This document shows positions 50,553 through 60,590 of a DNA stretch of 64,000 bases, piece by piece. The notes under the pieces are model-generated. The model saw only the letters and a list, made by a program, of their open reading frames with translations, had not been told where the DNA came from and did no database searches. The stretch covers positions 71,853 through 135,852 of the forward strand of contig QBZX01000004.1 of the NCBI GenBank assembly GCA_003282175.1. The letters are read 5' to 3'. Each line of letters opens with the position of its first letter. The first letter of the stretch is position 1. The DNA comes from Pelagibacteraceae bacterium AG-337-G06. Lineage in GTDB: Bacteria; Pseudomonadota; Alphaproteobacteria; Pelagibacterales; AG-422-B15. Made by a program: the position numbers and the translations under genes.

Positions 50553-51263
50553 ATGAAAAAGATTATTTATTTATATTTATTTATTAATTTATTCATTCCA
50601 CAAACTTATGCTTCTGACAATTTTTACGACCTATTCATGCAAGGCAATAAAGAAGAGGCAATTCTCCTTTTACAAGACCAAGCAGCTGCAGGAAGCAATG
50701 ATGCTAATTATGTACTAGCATTACTTTATAACGACGCAACCACTCATAGACTATGTAAAATTCAAGATTTTTGTACAGGTGGTTATGAGACTGAAGAAAA
50801 TGTTTTTGATAAAGAAAATGGCACATTCGATTATAACGATTACACATCAAACTATAAAAAGGCATATGAAATTTTCTTAAAATTATATGAAAATGAACAA
50901 GACCCCCGAGCTGCTTATGCAATTGGTGAGTACTATGATGATCATTGGGTTTTTTGGCCAAATTATAAAAAAGCTTTTAATTATTACCTGTTCGCTGCCG
51001 AACGAGGTGTTCCTGAAGCACAATATAATATAGCCAACATGTATGAGTTTGGCGATGGGGTAAAAAAAGATCTCGTACAATCAGTGCGATGGTATTTGCA
51101 ATGTAATATTGCTTCTTTGTGTGGGGCTGGAGTTGAAGGGATTGATGATTTAATAAACCAGCTTACAAAAGAAGAGTATGCATTGGCTCAATCTTTAGTA
51201 AAAAAAGATATGAAAGAAGTAGACATTAGAATTACATCAGCACGACAAATTGTGTCTCAGTGA
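50553..51263 (+). CDS. Exported Sel1-like repeat protein
   Basis: Signal peptide; repeats AAYAIGEYY, AAERGVPEAQYNIANMYEFGDGVKKDLVQSVRWY. Confidence 0.82.
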   Translation: MKKIIYLYLFINLFIPQTYASDNFYDLFMQGNKEEAILLLQDQAAAGSNDANYVLALLYNDATTHRLCKIQDFCTGGYETEENVFDKENGTFDYNDYTSNYKKAYEIFLKLYENEQDPRAAYAIGEYYDDHWVFWPNYKKAFNYYLFAAERGVPEAQYNIANMYEFGDGVKKDLVQSVRWYLQCNIASLCGAGVEGIDDLINQLTKEEYALAQSLVKKDMKEVDIRITSARQIVSQ

Positions 51264-51286
51264 GTATTGTACACTACATATAGAGG
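51240..51286. promoter_or_regulatory. Candidate tandem NrdR boxes
   Basis: GCACGACAAATTGTGT (51240-51255, 12/16) and ACACTACATATAGAGG (51271-51286, 13/16) against the consensus acaCwAtATaTwGtgt; 15-bp spacer. Confidence 0.45.
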
Positions 51287-51398
51287 ATACATTATAGAAT
51301 CTGTCGAAGGTTTTTTTTGTTTAGATTCCTGCTTGATCTATGCTTATAATTTATACATAAGTTTAATTAATTAATTAAAAAAAAAGGATTAATCATTT

Positions 51399-52424
51399 AT
51401 GAATAATATAAAAAATACAATTCTTGGTTTAGTTTGTTCAGTATTGATGGTGCCGGCAGCTTACGCGGGCACTCTTGACACTGTTAAAGATCAAGGATTT
51501 TTCAACTGTGGTGTGAGTCAGGGAGTTCCTGGCTTTTCAAACCCAGACGAAAATGGTAACTGGAGTGGTATTGATGTAGACGTATGTCGTGCAGTTTCAG
51601 CAGCTATTTTTGGAGATGCGGACAAAGTAAAATATGTTCCTCTTACAGCTAAAGAGAGGTTCACTGCTCTTCAAGCTGGTGAAATTGACGTGCTGTCAAG
51701 AAACACGACTTGGACGTTGTCACGTGACGCTCAAATTGGTTTAGAATTTGCTGGTGTTAATTTCTATGATGGACAAGGTTTCATGGTTAGAAAAGACTCT
51801 GGTATTACAAGTGCTATGGAATTAGATGGCGCAAGTGTTTGTACTAACCTTGGTACAACTACAGAGCTAAACATGGCTGACTTCTTTAGAGCAAACAGTA
51901 TGGCTTATGAACCAGTTGTTTTTGAAAAAGCAGATGAAGTTGTAAATGCTTATGACGAAGGTAGATGCGATACATATACGACAGATAAATCTGGTTTAGC
52001 CGCACAAAGAACAAAGCTTGCGGACCCAGATGCACACGTTGTATTACCTGAAACAATTTCAAAGGAGCCTTTAGGACCTGTTGTTAGAGAAGGTGATGGC
52101 GATTGGGCTGACGTTGTGAGATGGTCTTTAAATGCAATGATTGAAGCAGAAGAATTTGGCTTAACTAATTCAAATGTTAAGACAACTTGTGCTATGACTT
52201 CTAACCCAGTTGTTGCAAGACTATGTGGTAAAGAAGGTGGAACAGGTGCTGGCCTAAACTTAGGTGACAGCTGGTCTTACGACATTGTTTCAAAAGTTGG
52301 AAACTACGGCGATGTTTACGAGAAACACGTAGGGGAGAATACTCCAGTGGGTCTTGCCAGAGCAGGTTCACCTAATGCTTCTTATAAAAATGGTGGAGTT
52401 TTATACGCACCTCCAGCAAGATAA
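51399..52424 (+). CDS. aapJ: General L-amino acid ABC transporter substrate-binding protein
   Basis: GIDVDVCRA, RFTALQAGEIDVLSRNTTWT, FYDGQGF, ISKEPLGP and GGVLYAPP. Confidence 0.93.
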   Translation: MNNIKNTILGLVCSVLMVPAAYAGTLDTVKDQGFFNCGVSQGVPGFSNPDENGNWSGIDVDVCRAVSAAIFGDADKVKYVPLTAKERFTALQAGEIDVLSRNTTWTLSRDAQIGLEFAGVNFYDGQGFMVRKDSGITSAMELDGASVCTNLGTTTELNMADFFRANSMAYEPVVFEKADEVVNAYDEGRCDTYTTDKSGLAAQRTKLADPDAHVVLPETISKEPLGPVVREGDGDWADVVRWSLNAMIEAEEFGLTNSNVKTTCAMTSNPVVARLCGKEGGTGAGLNLGDSWSYDIVSKVGNYGDVYEKHVGENTPVGLARAGSPNASYKNGGVLYAPPAR

Positions 52425-52463
52425 TTTGCTTTTATTTTATAAGTAAGATTACTTTAAGTTAAG

Positions 52464-52497
52464 AAAGGAAGGTCATTAACTTGGCCTTCCTTTTTTT
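52464..52497 (+). terminator. Terminator or mRNA-stabilising hairpin after aapJ
   Basis: AAAGGAAGGTCA-TTAACT-TGGCCTTCCTTT stem followed by a T run. Confidence 0.8.
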
Positions 52498-52546
52498 ATG
52501 TGATTTAAATCTAAATATTGTAGAATATATTTAAATTAAGATACTT

Positions 52547-53716
52547 ATGAGGCCTTCCAGATTTTCAAATTTTATCTTCAACAGGAATGTTCAAGGAACA
52601 TTCTATCAAGCAATTACTCTGTCATTAGTAATTCTTGGTGTTTATTATATTGTTCAAAATACTGCTGAGAATATGATGTCGCGTGGTTTGGCCAGTGGTT
52701 TTCATTTCTTAGGGGTAGAGTCTCAATTTGATATTGGAATGACTCTTATAGAATATTCACCAACTTCAACTTATTTTGATGCATTTATTGTTGGCCTATT
52801 AAATACATTACTTGTAGCAGGCATCGGCATATTTTTTGCTACAATTGTTGGTTTCGCTTTTGGTATAATGCGCTTATCTTCAAATTGGCTTATTGCTAAG
52901 ATTGCTGAGACTTATATTGAGGTAATAAGAAACATACCTCTCTTACTTCAAATATTTTTTTGGTATTTTGCAGTTCTCAGGGCCTTACCAAAGCCAAAAC
53001 AAAGTATAGAATTTATGGATTCAATCTTTTTAAATAATAGAGGCTTATTTTTACCCGATGCAAACTTCAATGAAGGCACTTCAGTAATTTTTTATTTGTT
53101 CTGGATAACTATAATTATTTCTATTTTTATCTTTATCTGGTCAAAGCGAAGACAAAATAGGACTGGGATTACATTTCCTGCGTTCTATGTCTCACTAGCT
53201 TTAGTGGTGGGTGTATTTTTTGCAGCTTTAACTGCAACTGGCTTTCCTGTATCATTTGATATTCCAGAACTTAAAGGCTTTAATTTTAAAGGAGGCATGA
53301 GATTAATACCCGAGCTTGTAGCCTTAACTTTTGCTCTTTCTATGTATACTGCAGCATTTATTGCAGAGGTCGTGAGAGCTGGTATTATGGCTGTTTCTAA
53401 GGGCCAAACTGAAGCTGCAAGATCTGTGGGACTAAAAGAAGGCTTAGTTTTGAGGCTAATAATAATCCCACAAGCTCTAAGAGTTATTGTTCCACCTTTA
53501 ACAAACCAATATTTAAACCTTACTAAAAATTCTTCACTTGCAGCCGCTATTGCCTATCCAGATTTGGTTTTAGTTTTTGCAGGAACAGCACTTATGCAAA
53601 CTGGCCAAGCGATTGAAATTATTGGGATGGTAATGGGTGTGTATCTATTTCTTAGTCTCTTTACTTCAATAATCATGAATCTTTTTAATCGTATCATGAG
53701 AGTAGGCGAAAGGTAA
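52547..53716 (+). CDS. aapQ: General L-amino acid ABC transporter permease
   Basis: GLLNTLLV, RNIPLLLQ, IPELVAL, AFIAEVVRAG and YLNLTKNSSLA. Confidence 0.92.
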   Translation: MRPSRFSNFIFNRNVQGTFYQAITLSLVILGVYYIVQNTAENMMSRGLASGFHFLGVESQFDIGMTLIEYSPTSTYFDAFIVGLLNTLLVAGIGIFFATIVGFAFGIMRLSSNWLIAKIAETYIEVIRNIPLLLQIFFWYFAVLRALPKPKQSIEFMDSIFLNNRGLFLPDANFNEGTSVIFYLFWITIIISIFIFIWSKRRQNRTGITFPAFYVSLALVVGVFFAALTATGFPVSFDIPELKGFNFKGGMRLIPELVALTFALSMYTAAFIAEVVRAGIMAVSKGQTEAARSVGLKEGLVLRLIIIPQALRVIVPPLTNQYLNLTKNSSLAAAIAYPDLVLVFAGTALMQTGQAIEIIGMVMGVYLFLSLFTSIIMNLFNRIMRVGER

Positions 53717-54798
53717 TGTCAGATATCAATAAAGATATAGCTCCGCCAGTAATAGAGATAGGCGTTCTAGGTTGGCTAAGAAAAAATCTTTTTTCGACTT
53801 GGTACAATACTGTTTTGACCTTGATTGGTTTATATTTTATTTATTTAATAATCCCACCACTTCTTTCTTGGATACTTTTTGACGCAACGTTTTCAGGTAC
53901 AACACGAGAGGACTGTACAAGCGATGGGGCATGTTGGGTTTTCATTAAGCAAAATATAAAACTAATTATCTATGGTTTATATCCCTCAGATGAACTATGG
54001 AGAATAAACATTGCTTACTTTCTACTTGCTGTGAGTATAATTTATTTACTTATACCTAACCTAAAATTTAAAGGCTTAGTGGGTATATTTCTTCTTGTCA
54101 TATTTCCAATTATTTGTGTTTTTCTTTTTTCAGGAGGTTTAGGTCTTGAAAATGTTGAGACTAGACTTTGGGGAGGTCTTTTTCTTACTCTTGTAATTGC
54201 AGGTGTTGGAATCGTCCTATCGTTGCCCATAGGAATTATGTTGGCATTAGGAAGAAGATCCAAATTGCCAGTTGTCTCTTTACTTTCAACAATTTTCATA
54301 GAAATTTGGAGAGGAGTTCCTCTAATCACTGTATTATTTATGGCATCAAATATGTTTCCACTTTTTATGCCCGAAGGAGTTAACTTTGACAAACTAATAA
54401 GAGCTCTCATAGGCGTAATGTTTTTTTCAGCTGCTTATTTAGCGGAAGTTGTAAGGGGGGGATTGCAAGCAATGCCTAAAGGACAATACGAGGCATCTCA
54501 AGCGGCAGGTCTAACATATTGGAAAATGATGGCCCTAATTATTCTTCCGCAATCATTGAAGATAGTTATTCCAGCTATTATAGGCAGCTTTATTGCATTA
54601 TTTAAAGATACAACTCTAGTATTAATCATAGGATTGTTTGATTTTTTAGGTATTATTCAATTTGTAGGAACAAATCCTGATTGGCTTGGATTTTCTCATG
54701 AGGGATATGTTTTTGCAGCGGCTATTTTTTGGATTTTTTGTTTTGGTATGAGCCGATATAGTCAAAGACTTGAAAAGAAATTAGATACAGGAAATTAA
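53716..54798 (+). CDS. aapM: General L-amino acid ABC transporter permease
   Basis: NLFSTWYN, WGGL, RGVPLIT, AYLAEVVRGGLQA and FKDTTLV. Confidence 0.92.
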   Translation: MSDINKDIAPPVIEIGVLGWLRKNLFSTWYNTVLTLIGLYFIYLIIPPLLSWILFDATFSGTTREDCTSDGACWVFIKQNIKLIIYGLYPSDELWRINIAYFLLAVSIIYLLIPNLKFKGLVGIFLLVIFPIICVFLFSGGLGLENVETRLWGGLFLTLVIAGVGIVLSLPIGIMLALGRRSKLPVVSLLSTIFIEIWRGVPLITVLFMASNMFPLFMPEGVNFDKLIRALIGVMFFSAAYLAEVVRGGLQAMPKGQYEASQAAGLTYWKMMALIILPQSLKIVIPAIIGSFIALFKDTTLVLIIGLFDFLGIIQFVGTNPDWLGFSHEGYVFAAAIFWIFCFGMSRYSQRLEKKLDTGN

Positions 54799-54801
54799 AA
54801 T

Positions 54802-55539
54802 ATGACATCAGAAACAATGATAGAAATGAGTAGCGTTCATAAGTGGTTTGGAGAACTTCATGTTCTTAACGATATTAATTTGAAAGTAATTAAGGGAGAG
54901 AAAATTGTTATTTGTGGACCTTCAGGATCAGGTAAGTCTACTTTGATCAGATGCATAAACAGACTTGAAGAGCATCAAAGAGGAGAAATTGTAGTTGAAG
55001 GAACAGAGTTAACAAATGATAACAGAAGTGTTGAAAAAATTCGTGGAGAAGTTGGAATGGTATTTCAACAGTTTAATTTATTTCCTCATCTATCTATATT
55101 AGATAATTGCTCTTTGGCACCAATATGGGTGAGAAAGTTACCAAAAGTTGAAGCCAGAGAAAAGGCTATGAAATATTTAAAAAGAGTTCAAATTGACGAT
55201 CAGGCTCACAAGTACCCAGCACAATTATCCGGTGGCCAACAACAGAGAGCGGCAATTGCTAGAGCATTATGTATGGAACCAAGAATTATGTTATTTGATG
55301 AACCGACATCAGCTTTGGATCCTGAGATGATTAAAGAGGTCCTTGATGTTATGGTCGGGCTTGCAGAAGGTGGCATGACAATGTTAGTTGTGACTCATGA
55401 AATGGGTTTTGCCAAAGAAGTTGCAGACAAAATTATATTTATGGATGAGGGACAAATAGTGGAGAGCAAAAACCCAACTGATTTCTTTTCCAATCCTGAA
55501 AGTGAGAGAACCAAGACTTTTCTGAGCCAAATCCTATAG
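54802..55539 (+). CDS. aapP: Amino acid ABC transporter ATP-binding protein
   Basis: [27 protein letters not shown] and VTHEMGFA. Confidence 0.94.
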   Translation: MTSETMIEMSSVHKWFGELHVLNDINLKVIKGEKIVICGPSGSGKSTLIRCINRLEEHQRGEIVVEGTELTNDNRSVEKIRGEVGMVFQQFNLFPHLSILDNCSLAPIWVRKLPKVEAREKAMKYLKRVQIDDQAHKYPAQLSGGQQQRAAIARALCMEPRIMLFDEPTSALDPEMIKEVLDVMVGLAEGGMTMLVVTHEMGFAKEVADKIIFMDEGQIVESKNPTDFFSNPESERTKTFLSQIL

Positions 55540-55541
55540 TT

Positions 55542-55617
55542 TGGCTCCCCGGACTGGACTCGAACCAGTGACAAAGCGATTAACAGTCGCTTGCTCTACC
55601 AACTGAGCTACCGGGGA
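55542..55617 (-). tRNA. tRNA-Asn(GTT)
   Basis: Reverse complement TCCCCGG...AAGCGA-CTGTTAA-TCGCTT...GGTTCGAGTCC...CCGGGGAGCCA. Confidence 0.96.
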
Positions 55618-55693
55618 ATAGTAACATCTTATATCAAATGTTATCTTGCATATCTAGTTTTACTTTATCTGGAAATATATTAAATAGTAAGTT

Positions 55694-56710
55694 GTGACTG
55701 TACAAAAAGACAATATTTATGAGTTTGGTTTTGGAAGAAGTGATGATGTTTCTAAGAACACCAACCTGCTTGACGAAGCTGTATTTAGTTTTCTTTATGG
55801 CGGGTTATTCAGGGTATTAAAATCATTATCCTTGAGTAGCATACTTGATCTAGAGATTGTATTCAGGCTTTATGTTAATTTTTTTAAGGGTCTGTCATTT
55901 TATGACATTCAGTACTTCACGCAGTCTCCCGAAAGAACACTATGGAGGCGCCTAAAATATCTAGAGGAGAATGGTGTAATAAGGAAGTCAAAAAATCAAA
56001 AAGATAAAAGAACAATAAGATTCTTATTATCTAAAAACTCTTACGATACTCTTAGTAATTCTATACCAAAAGAAGATTTAGCTATAACCATATCAAAAAT
56101 AGCAATGTCTTATGCTGATAAGCTTTGGATGTTTAACGTAAGAGATCCTAATAAAGTACGAAAAACTTTACTGAACCTTGCTCGGAGCTCAGTGTCATTA
56201 AATGAGAATAATTATCTCTGTCAATTTGCATTTGGCTTGTCATATTATTACGGTGGAAATTTCGACCTATCTCTTAATCATTCATACAACTCGATAAAGC
56301 TAAATAAAAAATTTGCTCATGGCAGAAGATTGTTTGGCTCTTCCCTCTATCAAATCGGTGATAAAAAAAGGGCCACTAAAGAAATGGAAAAAGCACTTGA
56401 ATTATATGAAGATGCATACGGGCAGTGGAGAACATTTTTTGAACTTTGGCGATTTAGTTTTTTGGATGAAGATAGTAACAATGCAAAAAAATATGCAGAA
56501 AAACTAATAAAACTGCAGCCTGAATACCCTCAGTCATACATAGGGTACCTTGCCACATTTGAAAAAGGGAACAATATTAAATTAATGAAAGCAAAGCTTA
56601 TGGAACTTCTGCCTAATTTTAGTCCGCCTATGATTAGAAATTTTCACTCGTGGATCAGGGAAGATCAGGCAGATAAGATTATCGAAAGCTTAAGAAAGCA
56701 TATAACATGA
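55694..56710 (+). CDS. Hypothetical protein with MarR-like winged HTH and C-terminal TPR-like repeats
   Basis: RTLWRRLKYLEENGVIRK...DKRTIRFLL resembles a wHTH wing; helical repeats AYGQW and AEKLIKLQPEY resemble TPRs. GTG start is uncertain. Confidence 0.65.
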   Translation: MTVQKDNIYEFGFGRSDDVSKNTNLLDEAVFSFLYGGLFRVLKSLSLSSILDLEIVFRLYVNFFKGLSFYDIQYFTQSPERTLWRRLKYLEENGVIRKSKNQKDKRTIRFLLSKNSYDTLSNSIPKEDLAITISKIAMSYADKLWMFNVRDPNKVRKTLLNLARSSVSLNENNYLCQFAFGLSYYYGGNFDLSLNHSYNSIKLNKKFAHGRRLFGSSLYQIGDKKRATKEMEKALELYEDAYGQWRTFFELWRFSFLDEDSNNAKKYAEKLIKLQPEYPQSYIGYLATFEKGNNIKLMKAKLMELLPNFSPPMIRNFHSWIREDQADKIIESLRKHIT

Positions 56711-56711
56711 A

Positions 56712-56785
56712 TGGAGGCCACGACCGGAATCGAACCGGTATACAAGGATTTGCAGTCCTCTGCGTAACCATTCCGCCACGTGGCC
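56712..56785 (-). tRNA. tRNA-Cys(GCA)
   Basis: Reverse complement GGCCACG...AGGA-CTGCAAA-TCCT...GGTTCGATTCC...CGTGGCCTCCA. Confidence 0.96.
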
Positions 56786-56873
56786 AAACAGTGAGTTTTA
56801 TATCATTAATAATTAAAAACTGTGAACATTTTAATGGATATGTATATCAAATCTCAACTCTAAAAAGGTTATT

Positions 56874-57524
56874 ATGGAAACTAACGCTAACAACTTAAGA
56901 ATGGTTAATGGGCAGATCAAGCCTATAAACGGCATGACCGAAAAGTTAGTATCTATTTTTAATTCTTTGAATAGAAGCGACTTTATGCCAGAGGAATATA
57001 AAGAGAGTGCATATGTAGAAAAAAATTTAACCCTATCTAATCATAGGATAATCTTAAAACCTGAATTAGTTGCTAAAATTGCAATGTATATAGATTTAAA
57101 AGAAAATGAAAATGTATTAATTTTGGGTTCAACAACAGGGTACTTAGCAGCAATATTATCTTTGATAGCGGAAACTGTAATTGTGGTAGAAGAAGATGAT
57201 AGCTATATAAAATCTTCAGAATTAGTTACAAAGGAAAATAATTTAAATAATGTTATCTACTTTAATAAAAGTATTTCAAACGGGTGTATTGAGCAAAGTC
57301 CTTTTAACGCAATTGTTATGGAAGGTGCTGTTGATCATGTTCCTCAAAAATTGCTAAATCAACTCGAAAATGGCGGAAGACTGATAGCAATTTTGTCTGA
57401 AAATAGCTTGTGTAATGCAAAGATGTTTACAAGAAAAGAGACTATGTTCCACTGCGAGCAATTGTTCCCTTGCTCACTGCCAGTATTGCCCTCTTTTAAA
57501 GATAAAAACATCTTTAGTTTTTGA
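56874..57524 (+). CDS. pcm: Protein-L-isoaspartate O-methyltransferase family protein
   Basis: MVNGQI, RSDF.P, LILGSTTGYLAA, PFNAIVMEGAV and QLENGGRL; alphaproteobacterial pcm..valS context. Confidence 0.82.
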   Translation: METNANNLRMVNGQIKPINGMTEKLVSIFNSLNRSDFMPEEYKESAYVEKNLTLSNHRIILKPELVAKIAMYIDLKENENVLILGSTTGYLAAILSLIAETVIVVEEDDSYIKSSELVTKENNLNNVIYFNKSISNGCIEQSPFNAIVMEGAVDHVPQKLLNQLENGGRLIAILSENSLCNAKMFTRKETMFHCEQLFPCSLPVLPSFKDKNIFSF

Positions 57525-57555
57525 TATCCAATAGATATAACAACATGTGTAACCT

Positions 57556-57945
57556 ATGAATCAAAGCACTAAAGATACTGACGATATACTCGATGCCATT
57601 AAAACGATGATGGGCAATAGTAAAATCGATAGCCATCAGTCTCTGCCAAAAGATGTCATTGAATTAACTAAACCAATTGAGGAGAAAGAAGCTCACCAAA
57701 GTGAGACAGGTATTCTTGAACTTACAGAATTGGTTGTTGAAGCTGAGTCTAATCAAAAAATTATAGCAGATGTAGAGAACACGCAAATAAGTGAAGATCA
57801 AATTCGTGACGTGGTTAGAAAATCAATAAACTCAATATCTATAGAGACAATAGACAATATCATAAATGAAGAACTCAAAAAAGTTGTAGTAGATAGGCTA
57901 AGTTCAGTAAAGATAAGTATAAGTTCTAAAGATAATAAAGAATAA
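57556..57945 (+). CDS. Acidic protein, probable divergent PopZ (DUF2497-like)
   Basis: N-terminal DDILDAIKTMM helix, acidic middle with repeated ELT, helical C-terminus; lies between pcm and valS. Confidence 0.55.
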   Translation: MNQSTKDTDDILDAIKTMMGNSKIDSHQSLPKDVIELTKPIEEKEAHQSETGILELTELVVEAESNQKIIADVENTQISEDQIRDVVRKSINSISIETIDNIINEELKKVVVDRLSSVKISISSKDNKE

Positions 57946-60588
57946 ATGTTAGAAAAATATTATCAACCTGATTTAGTTGAGGAAAAAATCTATAAGAAAT
58001 GGGAGGAAGATGGAGACTTTGAGGCTCCAATCGACTCAAAAAACAAGCATTTCAGTATAGTCATACCGCCACCAAATGTAACTGGAAATTTACATATGGG
58101 GCATGCATTAAATAATACGTTACAAGATATTTTAATAAGGTTTTATAGAATGAGAGGGCGAGATGTATTATGGCAGCCAGGGACAGATCACGCTGGAATA
58201 GCTACTGAAATGGTAGTCGAACGAGAATTAAGGAAACAAAAAATAAAAAAGACGGATCTTACTCGAGAAGAGTTCATAGAACATGTTTGGAAATGGAAGG
58301 ACTCATCAGGAAATAAGATAATAAATCAACTCAAAAGGCTTGGTTGCTCATGTGATTGGTCTAGAGAAAGATTCACACTTGATGAAGGTCTCTCTCAATC
58401 TGTACGTCATGTGTTTGTGAAACTCTATAAGGACGGCCTAGTTTATAAAGATAAAAGGCTTAGTAACTGGGATCCCAAATTAAAAACAACAATCTCAGAC
58501 TTAGAAGTTATTCAGAAAGAAGTAACAGGCACTCTTTGGTATATCGATTATGAAATTGAAGATGGAAATGGTCACATAACGATTGCAACTACGAGACCAG
58601 AAACAATGCTTGGCGATACCGCAATAGCTGTTCATCCAGAAGATAAACGATTTTCAAATATGGTTGGAAAATTTGCTATACTTCCAATTGTTGAAAGAAG
58701 AATTCCAATTGTTGCTGATGAATATGTAAAAATAGATCAAGGTTCTGGTGCAGTAAAAATTACTCCTGCTCATGATTTTAATGATTATGAATTAGGAAAA
58801 AGGCATGAACTAGAAATAATAAATATTTTTAATGAAAATGCTGAACTTAATGAGAATTGTCCTGAAGAATATCAAGGGCTTGATCGTTATATAGCAAGAG
58901 ACAAAATAATTAGTGAACTCAAAGAAAAAAAAATCTTAAGCAAAGAAGAAGAAAATTTACATACAGTGCCATATGGCGACCGCTCGGGAGAAGTAATAGA
59001 GCCACTACTAACTGATCAATGGTTTGTTGATGCGAAAAAATTATCTTTTGAAGCAATTAATAATGTAAAAAATGGCGATACAAAATTTATTCCGAACAAT
59101 TGGAATAAAGTTTATTTTGATTGGATGGAAAGTATTCAACCTTGGTGTGTCTCAAGACAACTTATATGGGGTCATCAAATTCCCGCATGGTATGGTCCTG
59201 ATGGAAATATATTTGTAGAAGAAACAACAGAAGAAGCTCTTATTTCTGCAAACAAACACTATGGTAAAGATGTAGAACTTGTCCAAGAAGAAGATGTACT
59301 GGACACCTGGTTTTCATCTGCGCTCTGGCCGTTTTCAACACTGGGTTGGCCTGAGGAAACTGCTGAACTAAAAAAATACTATCCAACCTCCGCTCTTGTT
59401 ACTGGGTTTGATATTATATTTTTTTGGGTCGCTAGAATGATGATGATGGGTCTTTATTTTACTAAAAGAGTTCCATTTAATGAGGTTTATGTGCATGCAT
59501 TAGTTAGAGATGAGAAGGGTCAGAAAATGTCAAAATCAAAAGGTAACGTAATCGATCCGCTCGTTTTGATGGATGAATTTGGTGCAGACGCCTTACGCAT
59601 GGCATTGTGTTCGATGGCTGCTCAAGGCAGAGATATTAAATTGTCAAAACAAAGAATTGAAGGTTATAAAAATTTCATTAACAAAATTTGGAATGCAGTC
59701 AAGCTATGTGAGCTTAATAATTGTTTCTATCAAGAAATAGATGCCAAAAATGTAAAAAATATTTTCAATAATTGGATATTGTCTGAATATGAAAATTGTC
59801 GGATTAAAACACAATTGGCTATAGAAAATTATCGATTTAATGAGGCTGCAAATGAACTTTATAAATTTACTTGGAATATCTTTTGTGACTGGTATCTAGA
59901 ATTCTCAAAAGTTATTTACTTATCTAAAAACGATGCAGACATTAAAGAGACGAGAAACATAACCTCATATGTATTATCAAATATACTAATAATGTTTCAT
60001 CCCATCATGCCTTTTTTTACCGAACATTTATGGCATCAGGCGTCAAATATTCTAAAGAATGACACAATAAAAATAAATAAATCAGCATGGCCAGAAAGTA
60101 TAAGCGTAGATGAGAAAGATAATAAAAAAATTGACTTATTACTTGAGCTTATTTCATCAATAAGATCTACCAGATCTGAAATGAATGTACCAGCAAACGC
60201 GGTAATAGATATTAACTATTCGAAAATTAGCAATGAATTAGTCACTATTTTCGATCAACAAAAGGAAACAATTCAAAGTTTGACAAGGTCTAAGTCTATA
60301 ACTGAAAAAAATTTTTCAAAGGATCAAGGTATGGTTCAAGTCATATTCAATCACGGTTTGATCTATTTGTCTCTTAAGGGTATTATTGATTTTGAACAGG
60401 AGAAAAATCGCTTACAGAAAAGCTTGTCAAAAATAGAAAAAGAATTGAATAAGATTAATGAAAAGTTAGAAAGTGAAAATTTCATCCAGAATGCTCCAGA
60501 TGACATTATTTGTGAACAAAAAAATAGACATAAGGAATATTTAAGTTCTAAGGAAAAAATTGAAATGGCCATTAAGAGTTTAGGATAA
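57946..60588 (+). CDS. valS: Valine--tRNA ligase
   Basis: [47 protein letters not shown] and KMSKS. Confidence 0.98.
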   Translation: MLEKYYQPDLVEEKIYKKWEEDGDFEAPIDSKNKHFSIVIPPPNVTGNLHMGHALNNTLQDILIRFYRMRGRDVLWQPGTDHAGIATEMVVERELRKQKIKKTDLTREEFIEHVWKWKDSSGNKIINQLKRLGCSCDWSRERFTLDEGLSQSVRHVFVKLYKDGLVYKDKRLSNWDPKLKTTISDLEVIQKEVTGTLWYIDYEIEDGNGHITIATTRPETMLGDTAIAVHPEDKRFSNMVGKFAILPIVERRIPIVADEYVKIDQGSGAVKITPAHDFNDYELGKRHELEIINIFNENAELNENCPEEYQGLDRYIARDKIISELKEKKILSKEEENLHTVPYGDRSGEVIEPLLTDQWFVDAKKLSFEAINNVKNGDTKFIPNNWNKVYFDWMESIQPWCVSRQLIWGHQIPAWYGPDGNIFVEETTEEALISANKHYGKDVELVQEEDVLDTWFSSALWPFSTLGWPEETAELKKYYPTSALVTGFDIIFFWVARMMMMGLYFTKRVPFNEVYVHALVRDEKGQKMSKSKGNVIDPLVLMDEFGADALRMALCSMAAQGRDIKLSKQRIEGYKNFINKIWNAVKLCELNNCFYQEIDAKNVKNIFNNWILSEYENCRIKTQLAIENYRFNEAANELYKFTWNIFCDWYLEFSKVIYLSKNDADIKETRNITSYVLSNILIMFHPIMPFFTEHLWHQASNILKNDTIKINKSAWPESISVDEKDNKKIDLLLELISSIRSTRSEMNVPANAVIDINYSKISNELVTIFDQQKETIQSLTRSKSITEKNFSKDQGMVQVIFNHGLIYLSLKGIIDFEQEKNRLQKSLSKIEKELNKINEKLESENFIQNAPDDIICEQKNRHKEYLSSKEKIEMAIKSLG

Positions 60589-60590
60589 TT

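Noticed and set aside
51363-51378. TTAATTAATTAATTAA tandem palindrome upstream of aapJ
   Set aside because: Low-complexity AT sequence with no independent support.
56707-56898. 63-aa plus-strand ORF
   Set aside because: It is the antisense reading of tRNA-Cys.
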